A stretch of 64,000 nucleotides of DNA, from positions 1,664,001-1,728,000 of the forward strand of contig OZ242186.1 of assembly GCA_965205675.1 (NCBI GenBank), written 5' to 3'. The stretch comes from Nitrosopumilus sp. GTDB taxonomy: Archaea > Thermoproteota > Nitrososphaeria > Nitrososphaerales > Nitrosopumilaceae. Numbering within the stretch: the first letter of the stretch is position 1; the number at the start of each line of letters is the position of its first letter. This document shows positions 40,718 through 51,663 of this stretch, piece after piece. Under the pieces are notes generated by a model that had not been told where the DNA came from, made no database searches, and saw nothing but the letters and a program-made list of their open reading frames with translations. Made by a program: the position numbers and the translations under genes.

Positions 40718-41766
40718 GCTAAAACAGGGAGTTCTTTTTCAATAATTTTCTCTACTGCAGGAACAATACCTACTCTAGCTTTTACGCTTTCTTCATAAAG
40801 TTCTGCAATTTGGTCTCTGAATAATAATTTGATTCCGGGAAGTGCAGTAATTCCTTCATCAACAGTTCTAGGATCAGACAAGTCTAAAATTAATGTACCT
40901 TTTTTCTTTTCTTCCATAACTAATCTAATTCTATCAAAGGTGATTAAGAAATAATCAGATGTGGTTGCAACAAAAATAATATCATATTTGTCAAATCCTA
41001 CCAAAACATCGTTAAAATCTACAGGAGTTCCGCCAAGAAGGGTTGTAAACCCCGTGGCACGTTCAACACTTCTACTAGTAACATCAAATGCTATGTTTTT
41101 TTTGTTCAAGGTCTTTGCAAGCATGGCGGCAGGCTCACCAGTTCCAATAATAAGTACTTTTTTCTTGGAATCAAGTCCGGCTTTCTCATCTACTAGTTTT
41201 ACAGCAACATCACCTAGTGAAATTACATCTTTTGCAATTCCTGTAGTATCTCTCATTCTAGTAGCCAAACGAATTACACTATCAAATAACTTATTGAGAA
41301 TATTTCCAGATACGCCAGCAGTTTTTGCATTAGCTAACGATTGAACGATTTCATCAAAGACTTCTTGTTTCCCAACAACTACAGAATCCAAGCCCGATGC
41401 TAATCGTAACAGATTCAAGTAAACATCATCACCTTTGTAAACTTCAAGGGTTTGGTCAAAGTGATCAATATCAATTTGTTCTAAAGAAGATAAAGATACC
41501 CAGATATCTTTAATTTTATTTAATACGAGTGTTTTACCTTCTTCTCGTCTCGCATCAGGAGAATCATCAGTTTCAACATTACCTACTGTAAAGATTTCAA
41601 CTCTACTTGCAGTTTGAATGATAATACATTCATCCACACCAGGGATTTTTTTAAATTCTGCACATGCAGCAATTACATCTTTGAAAGTAAACTTTGACAA
41701 TGTGTGTAACGGAATATTTTTGAAAGTTACTCGTGCATTCATTACATCAAAAGATATTTGTCCCAT
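40687..41766 (-). CDS. glutamyl-tRNA reductase-like protein (HemA paralogue with degenerate active site)
   Basis: QTASRVE in place of STCNRxE, ASGLDS.VVG, IGTGE Rossmann motif and LDLSDPR. Confidence 0.85.
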   Translation of the reverse strand: MGQISFDVMNARVTFKNIPLHTLSKFTFKDVIAACAEFKKIPGVDECIIIQTASRVEIFTVGNVETDDSPDARREEGKTLVLNKIKDIWVSLSSLEQIDIDHFDQTLEVYKGDDVYLNLLRLASGLDSVVVGKQEVFDEIVQSLANAKTAGVSGNILNKLFDSVIRLATRMRDTTGIAKDVISLGDVAVKLVDEKAGLDSKKKVLIIGTGEPAAMLAKTLNKKNIAFDVTSRSVERATGFTTLLGGTPVDFNDVLVGFDKYDIIFVATTSDYFLITFDRIRLVMEEKKKGTLILDLSDPRTVDEGITALPGIKLLFRDQIAELYEESVKARVGIVPAVEKIIEKELPVLAVRMKRLDFA

Positions 41767-41775
41767 ATCATCTAC

Positions 41776-42564
41776 CTATGCTTTAATCTTATCCCGACCA
41801 CCTTTAGCGGTTCGAAAAACATTCATTCCAATGTAAAAATTTTCGTGTAAAGATTCTAAATAGATAATTTGATTTTCTGTATATTTGATTTCTTTTTCAG
41901 TTGCTTCAGGATTATTTTTTAATTGTTCAAGTTTTTGTTTAGTTTCCTCTAAGAAAGAGCCAACACCACGTTCATAGTTTGAGACACCCTCAAATTCTGG
42001 ACTAAGAACATGTTCAGGAACATAAGCAGGAGTTTGATCCTGTGGAATCTCTGCTTGTCTTGTAAGAGATTCTTGTTCATATACTGAAAGAATTGGTCTT
42101 GGAAATCTATCTTTTTTATCTAAGAAAAATTCCGGTTCACCCATATCGCGTCTAAAGATTTCTTCACCTTGTCTTTTAAACGTGTAATCTGATTTCTTGG
42201 CAGCCTCTGCTTTAACTTCTGCAGCAATTGCTTTGTATTCTTCTTCAGCTGCTTCTTCTGCTTCAGCTTTTGCGGCTTCAGCTTTTGTAAGAGCTTCTTT
42301 AACTGCGTTTTCTGCTTCTTCAACAGCCTTGGCTGCTTGTTCAGCTTTTACAGTTGCTTCTTCAGCTGCTTTTGCTTGTTCAGCTTTTACAGTTGCTTCT
42401 TCAGCTGCTTTTGCTTCTTCAGCTTTTACAGTTGCTTCTTCAGCTTTTACTGCGGCTTCTTCAGCTTTTACAGTTGCTTCTTCAGCTGCTTTTGCTTCTT
42501 CAGCTTTAGAATCTTCAACAGATTTTGTGTCTATTTCAGATTCTTTGTTCTCTTCAGACAACAA
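41776..42564 (-). CDS. hypothetical protein with Ala/Glu/Lys-rich tandem-repeat coiled-coil N-terminus
   Basis: AEEATVK and AEQAKA repeats encoded by 21- and 18-bp units at about 42320..42510. Confidence 0.8.
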   Translation of the reverse strand: MLSEENKESEIDTKSVEDSKAEEAKAAEEATVKAEEAAVKAEEATVKAEEAKAAEEATVKAEQAKAAEEATVKAEQAAKAVEEAENAVKEALTKAEAAKAEAEEAAEEEYKAIAAEVKAEAAKKSDYTFKRQGEEIFRRDMGEPEFFLDKKDRFPRPILSVYEQESLTRQAEIPQDQTPAYVPEHVLSPEFEGVSNYERGVGSFLEETKQKLEQLKNNPEATEKEIKYTENQIIYLESLHENFYIGMNVFRTAKGGRDKIKA

Positions 42565-42695
42565 AATTTACTAAAATTCCCTGAATTTTAATATTTTTGT
42601 GAGATTCATCTTGATTCAATCGTAATCCAATAATATTTTCTGAAAATTTTATTCTGATCGGTTCAAAACCATAATTTTTGATGAAATAGAAATAA

Positions 42696-42773
42696 TGGCG
42701 CCCTCGGCGGGATTTGAACACGCGTCTCAGCCGTGACAGGGCCGAATTCTAGACCGGGCTATACTACAAGGGC
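42696..42773 (-). tRNA. tRNA-Asp(GUC), CCA encoded
   Basis: GCCCTTG/CGAGGGC acceptor, anticodon loop CTGTCAC, T-loop TTCAAAT; one T-stem mismatch. Confidence 0.92.
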
Positions 42774-42989
42774 ACAAATTGTTTGAATCAAAGTACTAGA
42801 TTAAAAGTTTTTGTCACAACAAAATCTTTTGTAAAAGACTAATACGTTTAATCATTATTTTTCACCATATTTATTTAATAGATTTGCATTATGGATTAAT
42901 TGGGAATTCTTAGATACAAAATCAGTATGTTTAGGTCACGCCTAGATTAAACCGAATAATTTAGATCAGAGAAGAATTTTCAAGAAATA

Positions 42990-44040
42990 ATGGACTCTAA
43001 ACCGTGCAAAAACTGTGATGATTTGGCAAGAAAAAATATAGAATTGGAAATCAAAATCAAGCAGCTAGAATCAAAATTATCCTACTATGATAACCCAAAC
43101 TCTCCGCCATCATCTGATTCTCTCCATTGGAGGAAACAAAAGAAGCAGTCTTGATATCATACCGTCAACTCTTAGTAATTGGTTAAACCAAATGAACCGA
43201 AAGGGAATATCTGCATCACGCCGTAAGAAATATTCTGGTTCTAGATGTTTCTTAAATAAAAAAACAACTAGTGTCATTAAGAGAGGATCTAATTTCAGGT
43301 CCAGAAAAGTTTGGATTCAATCAATTCATGTGGAGTACAAGAATGGTAATTACACATGTGAATAAAAAATACAACACGCTATACTCTGCAAGAGGAATGC
43401 GTGAATTACTACGCCGAATTGGATTCTCATCTAAAAAACTAAGACCGACTCAATCACAAATCAGCCTCAAAAGAGGAGCAGAATCGTTTTAAAAAAACGC
43501 AAAAAGGACAGTTAACAAATATTCCAAATTGGGATACACCACACTATGTCTGGATGAGTCAACAAGTAAAGTAGCACCCAACATAAAGCGCGGATGGTAT
43601 CTTGCAGGCAATAACATCACCACACCAATTAATTACACTCGAGAAAAATTTCAATCATTTGGTGCATTGGGCAATAACGGCGTATTTTTTGCAGGTTCTA
43701 TGATAAATCAAACACAGACTCATTTCTGGATTTTTTAGAGTCACTACAAAAACAATTTGGTAAGAAACTGTTACTGTTTGCAGATAATGCATCATACCAC
43801 AAAAGTGTCAGAGTAAAAGAATTTCTCAAAGCATCAAAAAGTAAAGTGAACATTAGATATTTTTCTTGTATACACTCCAGAATTAAACCCCATTGAGATA
43901 CAGTGGAGAGAAGAGAAAAAGGGAAACTGCAAGCCAATTCTTCGTCAATGGCTCTGAAATGAGAAAACATATGCAGAAGAGACTAGATAGTGGAGTGATT
44001 CAAGTTGTTAAAGTGTTCAGATATTTAATGCCTTAACTAG
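42990..44040 (+). pseudogene. decayed IS630 transposase preceded by an IS66-type N-terminal fragment
   Basis: MDSKPCKNC...YDNPNSPPSSD (IS66-like), followed by multi-frameshifted IS630 motifs (CLDES, ADNASYHK, TPELNPIE). Confidence 0.75.
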
Positions 44041-44360
44041 TGGTCCTTTTCTTTTTATTTTAAAAACAACTTCTGGATTATCCGGCAATGTAGTATTTGG
44101 GAATTTTCCTTCTAACACTACATTTCTTGTAGTTTTTAGAAATTCATAACCATCAATCATATTTGCTTCGTATTCATCCTTGTATTTTTCAAGGAAATGT
44201 GTATAAATTGAGTCATTTAGTAAATAGTAGCAATTATTGTTTTTCCACTATTTGGCGGACCTAAGAATGCAACAATATTTTCATCATACAAACCTTCTTT
44301 TACTCTTGTAAGTAAAGGATTCTGATCTTCTACATCATCTATATTTTCTTCTTCGCTCAT
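44041..44360 (-). pseudogene. N-terminal remnant of a P-loop NTPase/GTPase-like gene, frameshifted and cut by the IS630 end
   Basis: Manual translation MSEEENIDD...IVAFLGPPNSGKTIIAT; ATGA overlap with the stop of the 708-aa gene. Confidence 0.65.
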
Positions 44361-46483
44361 TTTCTCACCATTTTAATTGGATGTTCAGGAATAAACCTCT
44401 TTTTTGCTATGTTATTATATTTATCAAATGTACTGATAAAATATTTTGATGAGCGTTTCTTTCCAAGATCTGAATAATGTAATCCAATGCAAATCCTTAC
44501 AGCACCAACTCCATCAAAATGACGCTTTGAAAATTGTTCATTTTCATATTGTTTCAAGACTTCAGTAGAATTTCTGATTATCTCATCAATTTCTCCAATT
44601 CTTTGGAAACCTAATTCTTTTATTTCTTGCACTAATTCTTTGATGTTTTGATCCGATTGTTTTTGTCTAATATAGAAACGCCAATCAAGATATGTCTTAA
44701 AACGATGTGTGGTTATTTTTAACTCTTTTGCTGAATATTCATTATTTTTTATTAGTTGTGCATATGTTGTTCTTCCTACAGAATATTTTTCAATCGTCTC
44801 AGATTTTTCTAATGAGTCAATTCTATTTCGAATCATTGATTCTGTAATGTCTCCACCATTCAACAATTCTACTATCTCTTTTATTGATGTACTACCACCA
44901 CGTAATATTCTCTTGATCATTCTATCTACAACATGTCTTCTTAATTTATCAAGAAATGGAGCTACAATACTTGTTTGTTCTGCAAGATATGATATTTGAT
45001 CAAAAACTGTAGGTGTGAAATCTTTTGTATGATTGATATGTTCTTGTCTTAGTATTTCCTCCAACACTAATTCCCAATCAAAAGATCCATGTTGTAATTC
45101 ATGAGGTGTATTGGGACTACCTGTTACTAATGCAGCCATATCTTGTATGTCTCCTTCTCTATTTGCTATTGCTTTTAACAAAAATACATCTTCATTTCTT
45201 AGCAATCCTATCTTTAGTAGACCATAATCTCTAATGTCTGCTCTCTCCCTCATAGTTGAGGATAACGATAGATCTTGCATAATTGTAGATGTGAATAAAT
45301 CTACCCTACTCTTCTGTTCATGCTCAAAAATATCATCTGGGTTTATTCTCCTATCTTCATCTGAATAATTTGTTTTGAGTCTTCTTTCATATCCCATATT
45401 GGTAAGAATTTCTACTAAATTATCAAAATCATTTTTATTTTCTACTGCTATGTCACAATCTTTTGTACTATCTTTCAATGATTTTATCCTCATATTTTCA
45501 CCGCCAAATAGGTATATCGTTTTTGATTCTTGTAGTTCATTATTAATTTCTCGAAATAATAAATTACCAGGTTTTGGCAATGTGTATTTTTCAATTGATA
45601 TATCATATAATTTTGCTTTAGATAGAAATTCATCCCATGGTAAAAATAGATCTGTATTTTTCAATTGCTTTCTACGTATGTAGGCTTCAATATCTAACCA
45701 AATTTTAGATATTCCTAACTCTGATGCTTTTTTCCTTAATTGAAGAATATCCATCTTATCTTTATGTTTTACATAAAAAATGATAGCTATCAATAATTCC
45801 ATTTTATTTTTTGAATAATTTGCAGCAAAAACTGCATGTAACAATACATCTTGTATTTCTAAATCTTCTTTTTGTTCACAAAAATAATCATGTGTAGTTT
45901 GATATTCTACATCATATTCTGAAAATAATGTAAACCCTGTTGTTGCACCTTTAGCAATTTTTCCATTTGGAGTTTTTCGTAATATTACTGAATTGTTATT
46001 ATGAATGATTTCAGTATTACCATCTTCATATTTTTGTTCTCTCTCAGTTTTTAATAATTTTGTAAATAAAACTAGTTGTTCTTTTGATTCGTCAATCTTT
46101 ATCATTTCTTCTTCTTTTATGATGGCTCCTATGGATTGTAAATCTGATATTGATCTGTAGATTGTTGCTTTAGATAATCCTGATTTTTTTATCAATTCAT
46201 CTACTGTGATGTTTTCATCTATGTTGAAAAGTATTATTTCATTAGATTCACGAAGTAATTTTTCAACATCTACAGTTTGCGTAATATCTCTGAATAGTGT
46301 TGCTTTTGATGTTTCTTTTAGTTTGATTCTTGTGTCTTCTTTCTCTATGTAATCCTCTTCTGTGAGATTTTTTATTATGTATGCTAACCGTCTGTCCTTT
46401 ATCCCTAACAAATCAAGTAATTCACTTGTTTCTTTTTGTCCATCGACCAGTGATTTTAGTAACTTTATTGAGGTAACATCCAT
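44357..46483 (-). CDS. multi-wHTH / nucleotidyltransferase (DUF6036/AbiEii-like) fusion protein
   Basis: HTH segments (VDELIKKSGLSKATIYRSISDL); NTase motif YLFGGENM...KDSTKDCDI and LLKA..REGD..D. Confidence 0.7.
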   Translation of the reverse strand: MDVTSIKLLKSLVDGQKETSELLDLLGIKDRRLAYIIKNLTEEDYIEKEDTRIKLKETSKATLFRDITQTVDVEKLLRESNEIILFNIDENITVDELIKKSGLSKATIYRSISDLQSIGAIIKEEEMIKIDESKEQLVLFTKLLKTEREQKYEDGNTEIIHNNNSVILRKTPNGKIAKGATTGFTLFSEYDVEYQTTHDYFCEQKEDLEIQDVLLHAVFAANYSKNKMELLIAIIFYVKHKDKMDILQLRKKASELGISKIWLDIEAYIRRKQLKNTDLFLPWDEFLSKAKLYDISIEKYTLPKPGNLLFREINNELQESKTIYLFGGENMRIKSLKDSTKDCDIAVENKNDFDNLVEILTNMGYERRLKTNYSDEDRRINPDDIFEHEQKSRVDLFTSTIMQDLSLSSTMRERADIRDYGLLKIGLLRNEDVFLLKAIANREGDIQDMAALVTGSPNTPHELQHGSFDWELVLEEILRQEHINHTKDFTPTVFDQISYLAEQTSIVAPFLDKLRRHVVDRMIKRILRGGSTSIKEIVELLNGGDITESMIRNRIDSLEKSETIEKYSVGRTTYAQLIKNNEYSAKELKITTHRFKTYLDWRFYIRQKQSDQNIKELVQEIKELGFQRIGEIDEIIRNSTEVLKQYENEQFSKRHFDGVGAVRICIGLHYSDLGKKRSSKYFISTFDKYNNIAKKRFIPEHPIKMVRK

Positions 46484-46611
46484 TTAGTATTATAACATTG
46501 CTTTAATTTATATAATTTTGCATTAATTTGAGACTAAATATTTACACTGATTTACAAACTTTTTACAGAAATTTTCAAAAAATTAGTCATGCATGCACAG
46601 CAACCGAATTT

Positions 46612-47698
46612 TACAATAGACGTTTTGCGTAATTACAAACAAAATCTTACCTTTCACTGAATTTAGTTTCAAATAATTTCTAATCTTATGGAATCACAAC
46701 AAACTCTTGCTTCCATCTTGTCTTGAAATTCACAATTCCACATACGATGTCACTTATTGCATCATATCTGCACAATCTATTCCTAAATGTCTCAGAATTA
46801 ATCCTAAACTTTTTGATTTGAGAGATAATATGTTCTACTTTTATTCGGATTCTTGACTGTATCTTGTTCCATTCCTTTTGATGTATGGTCAGTTTTTTTC
46901 TTTTCTTTTTCTTGTATGGTAGAATGCTTGTCTGTTCTGGGAAATCTTTTTCCACTCCCAAATACCCAAGGTCATAAAATATCATCACATCTTCGGGCAG
47001 TTCTGGATGTCTGATTTTCAGTATCGCATAATCATGTTACCTGGAGAATGTGGGGGTTTGTGGATTATCTCACCTTTCTGGTTTATGGTGATTTGGTTTT
47101 TTACCGTATGTTTTTTCTTTTTGCCTGAATAGTGGGTCTTTCTTTTCTTTTTGTTCTGGGGTCTTGGGATTGGTTGTTCAGTACCATCAGTCATTGCAAT
47201 TAATTCAGGAAAGAACAGTTGGAGTTGCTGTACATCATTTATTTTTTTAGAATCAGAGTATAGTTTTGAAGGAATAGGAATTGATTTTCTTACTGCAGGC
47301 TCTAAATTTGATGTTTCTGTAGACGTTGCTCTGGTCTAATCCAAACAGATATCCTGTCAACTCGCATGTCAGGTACATCCGATAGTAAACAAACAACATT
47401 ACAAGCTGATCTTCAAGATTCAAATCAAACTTTCGCCCAGCTCCGATACTTCTTTTTCTCTTTGCTTTGGATAGTCTCTTCTTTTCTTCTATACGGTGAT
47501 TCTTTCTGACATCCTTTAGAATCACATCAAACTGTTGCCTAGTCACTCCAGTAAAAGAGAGAAGTGATTTTGGCTTTTTTGAGAGTTGCTTGTATGTTAA
47601 CATGAAATGTGTTAGGTTGTTCTTAGCTTTGGATCTTGCTGTGAATGAATTTGTGTAATATGGTAAAATATGTCTAATTGCGCAAGAGGTCTATTGTA
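46612..47698 (-). mobile_element. IS5-family (ISL2-like) element with frameshifted transposase
   Basis: Imperfect 24-bp TIRs TACAATAGACGTTTTGCGTAATTA / TAATTGCGCAAGAGGTCTATTGTA; GAGRK HTH, DGTEQPI, DLGYLG and RIKVEH motifs. Confidence 0.85.
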
Positions 47699-47869
47699 TA
47701 TATGAAATGTCAAGACAAGAGATTTCAAGTTCAAAGTAAGACAAGATAAAACTGTACAGTTAAGCTTTTTCTATCTGAATAATTTGAAGAAATGATCATT
47801 ATTTTTTGATCCGAATTGCGTATTTTTCTATCTACTGAAATTTTGATGATTTCTAGGAAAAGCCGTAAG

Positions 47870-50800
47870 TCACTTCTTTTTGGAGACTTGCATGTACAAG
47901 TCAACAGTGCCACTGCCAATTGGAATATTACTTCCAACAATAACATTTTCAGTAATACCTCTAAGTTGTTCAATTTCACCACCAAGTGCAGCATGTGCAA
48001 TGGTTGGAACTGTAATTTCAAATGCGGCTCTTGCCAGAACACTGTCTTTGGTACCTGCGATTCCATGTCTACCAATTTGTTGCATGTATCCTCTAGAACA
48101 CATCAAATCAGATACCAGCATGATGTACCTATTATCAACTTCTAATCCTTGATCACCTAAAGTATGATTAAGTTCATCAATCAAAGAGTTTCGTGCAGCC
48201 TCAATTCCAAGAGTTCCTGCAATTTCAAAGACGTTGTTTGTTCTAACATTCTTTTTATCAATACCTTTCACTTCAAGGACTTTGGCTATATTAGAACCAG
48301 TTGTCTGGATAACCCACTCATCGTCTTTTTGAACTAATGTAACTCGTTCAATATCTGGAACACCTTTAACAGTAGTGTTAAGAATTTTATTTCTAATTGC
48401 AATTGCAGTTGCAGTATCTGCTTCTTCAACTAAATTCAATGTGATTAATTCTCCAACAGTTTCTATTTTGAATTTTTTATTTGATGAAAGTGCGGCCTCT
48501 ATTTCAGTGATAGAACAACCTCTCTCTTGAAGTCTATTTGGACTAATAATTAATTTGATGTTTGTAGAATAATCAGTTTCAGTATCAGTAATCAACGCAC
48601 TTACTTTAGTCTGTAACACATTACGTGCAACTTCAATTGCTTTTTCTCTAGATTTCTTTGAATCCTCATCAAGGTAAATATCCATAGTTGGAGTAACAGG
48701 TTTCTTTCTGGCATCAACTAATTCAATCAATCTTGGAAGACCCAAAGTAACATTTCTTTCTTTAATTCCTGCAAAGTGGAAAGTTCTCAAGGTCATCTGG
48801 GTACCAGGTTCACCAATTGATTGTGCAGTGACAATTCCTACAGCCTGACCAGGTTCAACTTTGGCTTTATTGTAAAGCGAAAGTCCTTTTTTACATACTG
48901 CTTCTACACCGTCTTTACTTAGATTGGATTTCTGTAAAGCTTCAGTTATAAGATTGGTTAATCTTGGATTGAAGGTCTTAGTATATTTTTTAGCGAGAGT
49001 GTCAATTTCATCTTTTGTTGCTTTCTTTCCAGAATCAGTGATGGTTTGAGATTCAGCTAACCTACTGGCGTTAAATGCTTCACCATGATCACTTTTTTGC
49101 ACATCAATTCCATCTTCACCATACAAGAATTGAACAATGTGACCATGAGGATCTCTAACTGTACCATCATATTCTAATCTAATGTGTTCTAGAGCATTAA
49201 TCAATCTACGTTGCATGTAACCACTTTGTTGTGTTCTAACTGCAGTATCTACAAGTCCTTCACGGCCACCCATTGCATGGAAGAAAAATTCTAAAGCTGT
49301 AAGACCTGTTCTATAATTGGATTTTACAAATCCATGAGCGTCTGGATTACTATCATGTTCTTGATAGTGTGTTAACGCACGATTACTATATCCATCATTC
49401 ATTCTATTGCCTCTTCGAGATTGTTGACCCAGTGCACCAGCCATTTGTCCCACATTAAGTGCTGAACCTCTTGCACCAGTAGTAGCCATAATTTTTCCGG
49501 CATTACTATCATCTAGAGAATCATTAGCAGTATCTCCTGCTTTCACTCTGGCTTTACCTAATTCATTAACAATGTAAGCCTCTAGAGCTTCTTCAGCTTT
49601 CATACCTCGGGTAAGTTTGAGAGTTCCTTTCTTGTATTGATCAGTTAAATCAGCAACAACATCATAAGTTTCTTGAATATCATCTAAAATCTTTGATACG
49701 TTCTTTTCTGGAACTTCAAGATCACCGTATCCATAACTAAATCCATAGTGAGTAATGAATTGTTTTACCATGATTAAGACAGAGTTTAAGAAATTCTTGC
49801 CAATTGTATTTCCATAATCTTTTGTAATTCTGTGTAAGATACTCTCTGGTTCTTCAGCACCAATTGAAGTTTTGTCAATTACACCGCTGATGAGTTCGCC
49901 ATTTTTAATTACAACATCTTTTTCTTTGCCTTTTGTTCCTTTAGACCATTTTGATGTAAGTACATAGTTGAAATCATTTGGAAGAAATAATGAGAATAAC
50001 TGTTTTCCAGTATATGCTGGACCATCTTTTCTTTTGGTTCCAGGTTTTGGAAGGGCTCCAGCATAACCTCCAAGCATTGCATAGTTTGAAAATTCTTGGA
50101 CAGATAAAACAGTATCATCTTTTGTTAGAAGATATGCACCAGTTACGAAATCTCTTAGTGCTCCAATAATTGGACCGCCATATCTTGGAGAAATTAATTG
50201 ATCTTGGACTCTCATCAAAAGGATTGCTTCGGCTCGGGCTTCTTCACTTTGAGGAACATGAAGGTTCATTTCATCACCATCAAAGTCTGCATTGTATGGC
50301 GGACAAACAGAAGGATGTAATCGGAAAGTTTTACCTGGAAGAACTCTCACATAGTGAGCCATAATAGACATCTGGTGAAGTGAGGGTTGTCTGTTAAACA
50401 TGACAATGTCACCATCTGCAAGATGTCTTTCAATCAAATAACCAATTTCAAGAGTTTCAGCTATTGTAGAGCGGTCTTCTACAAAATCTAATCTGATTTT
50501 TACACCATCTGGTCTTACAATATAGTTTACACCGGGGAATTTTTCAGGTCCGTTAATTACAAGTTCTCGCATTCTTTCAATATTCCATTCAGTAACAATT
50601 TCAGGAATAGTTAATTTCATTGCAACTTGTTCAGGAACTCCAACTTCAGATAAATCCAAATTAGGATCAGGCGAAATTACAGTTCTACTTGAAAAGTCAA
50701 CTCTCTTTCCAGATAATGAGCCTCGGAATCTTCCTTCTTTTCCTTTGAGTCTTTGGGTTAATGTCTTGAGAGGACGTCCAGAACGATGATGAGCTTGTGG

Positions 50801-51661
50801 AATTCCAGAAACTTCATTATCAAAATATGTTGTAGAGTGATACTGTAACAAGTCAACTAAATCTTGAACAATTAATGGCGGAGTTCCTGCTTCTTTACTT
50901 TCTTTTAGTCTTTGATTAACTCGGATTATATCTACCATTTTGTGTGTCAAATCATCTTCAGATCTAATTCCAGTTTCAAGAATAATTGAGGGTCTAACAG
51001 TTACAGGTGGAACAGGTAATGCTTGCAGAATAAACCATTCGGGTCTTGCAGTTATCGGATCATATGATAATAATTCTAAATCTTCATCAAGAATTTGTGA
51101 AAATCTTTCTCTAATAGTAATTGGTAGTAATCTATGTTCACCAATTTCAGTTTTTTCTACAAAGATAGTAGGCTTTGTAAAGACCAATTCATATTGTGTT
51201 TTTCCACAATGAGGACATTCTTTTGCTTTTTTAGCTTTTTCTATAATTTGCTCTGGAATACGTTTTTGTGAAACTACAGTGTAAGCAGCATGCTTGTCTT
51301 TAATTTTTTTGAATGCACTTAGATCTTCTTGAGGTACTTTGAGTCTTGCACAAGAACGACATGTTGATTGCAGTAATTTGTAGATATTGTCAATAAATGC
51401 AATGTGTAAAATTGGTTCTGCAAGTTCAATGTGTCCAAAGTGTCCAGGACATCTTGCTGCAGTATTTCCACAAGTAAGACATTTTTGTCCAGGTTCAAGA
51501 GTTCCCAATCTGCCATCCATAAGACCTCCTTGAACAGGCATTCCATCTTCATCATATGTTTCAGGAGCAGTGATTTCAGCTACAGAATATTTTCTAATTT
51601 CAGTTGGAGACCATACAGAAAAACGAATTCCATCAATGGCTTTAATTGCTTGAATAGACAT
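47870..51661 (-). CDS. rpoA: RNA polymerase largest subunit, unsplit A'+A''
   Basis: NADFDGD, CPGHFGH and IGEPGTQMTL in a single 1263-aa ORF. Confidence 0.97.
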   Translation of the reverse strand: MSIQAIKAIDGIRFSVWSPTEIRKYSVAEITAPETYDEDGMPVQGGLMDGRLGTLEPGQKCLTCGNTAARCPGHFGHIELAEPILHIAFIDNIYKLLQSTCRSCARLKVPQEDLSAFKKIKDKHAAYTVVSQKRIPEQIIEKAKKAKECPHCGKTQYELVFTKPTIFVEKTEIGEHRLLPITIRERFSQILDEDLELLSYDPITARPEWFILQALPVPPVTVRPSIILETGIRSEDDLTHKMVDIIRVNQRLKESKEAGTPPLIVQDLVDLLQYHSTTYFDNEVSGIPQAHHRSGRPLKTLTQRLKGKEGRFRGSLSGKRVDFSSRTVISPDPNLDLSEVGVPEQVAMKLTIPEIVTEWNIERMRELVINGPEKFPGVNYIVRPDGVKIRLDFVEDRSTIAETLEIGYLIERHLADGDIVMFNRQPSLHQMSIMAHYVRVLPGKTFRLHPSVCPPYNADFDGDEMNLHVPQSEEARAEAILLMRVQDQLISPRYGGPIIGALRDFVTGAYLLTKDDTVLSVQEFSNYAMLGGYAGALPKPGTKRKDGPAYTGKQLFSLFLPNDFNYVLTSKWSKGTKGKEKDVVIKNGELISGVIDKTSIGAEEPESILHRITKDYGNTIGKNFLNSVLIMVKQFITHYGFSYGYGDLEVPEKNVSKILDDIQETYDVVADLTDQYKKGTLKLTRGMKAEEALEAYIVNELGKARVKAGDTANDSLDDSNAGKIMATTGARGSALNVGQMAGALGQQSRRGNRMNDGYSNRALTHYQEHDSNPDAHGFVKSNYRTGLTALEFFFHAMGGREGLVDTAVRTQQSGYMQRRLINALEHIRLEYDGTVRDPHGHIVQFLYGEDGIDVQKSDHGEAFNASRLAESQTITDSGKKATKDEIDTLAKKYTKTFNPRLTNLITEALQKSNLSKDGVEAVCKKGLSLYNKAKVEPGQAVGIVTAQSIGEPGTQMTLRTFHFAGIKERNVTLGLPRLIELVDARKKPVTPTMDIYLDEDSKKSREKAIEVARNVLQTKVSALITDTETDYSTNIKLIISPNRLQERGCSITEIEAALSSNKKFKIETVGELITLNLVEEADTATAIAIRNKILNTTVKGVPDIERVTLVQKDDEWVIQTTGSNIAKVLEVKGIDKKNVRTNNVFEIAGTLGIEAARNSLIDELNHTLGDQGLEVDNRYIMLVSDLMCSRGYMQQIGRHGIAGTKDSVLARAAFEITVPTIAHAALGGEIEQLRGITENVIVGSNIPIGSGTVDLYMQVSKKK

Positions 51662-51663
51662 CT

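Noticed and set aside
42197-42591. Ala/Ser-rich and Phe/Cys-rich ORFs on the + strand
   Set aside because: Antisense shadows of the repeat region of 41776..42564
42705-42725. T-stem mismatch in tRNA-Asp as evidence of editing or pseudogenisation
   Set aside because: A single mismatch cannot be distinguished from a tolerated variant or a sequencing error
42696-47700. tRNA-Asp as attachment site for the 43-47 kb island
   Set aside because: The island lies on the 5' side of the tRNA and no duplicated tRNA fragment was found
47731-48152. ORFs overlapping the rpoA 3' end
   Set aside because: Alternative-frame or antisense shadows of rpoA
47870-51661. Fused RpoA'/A'' as a novelty
   Set aside because: Known trait of Thaumarchaeota
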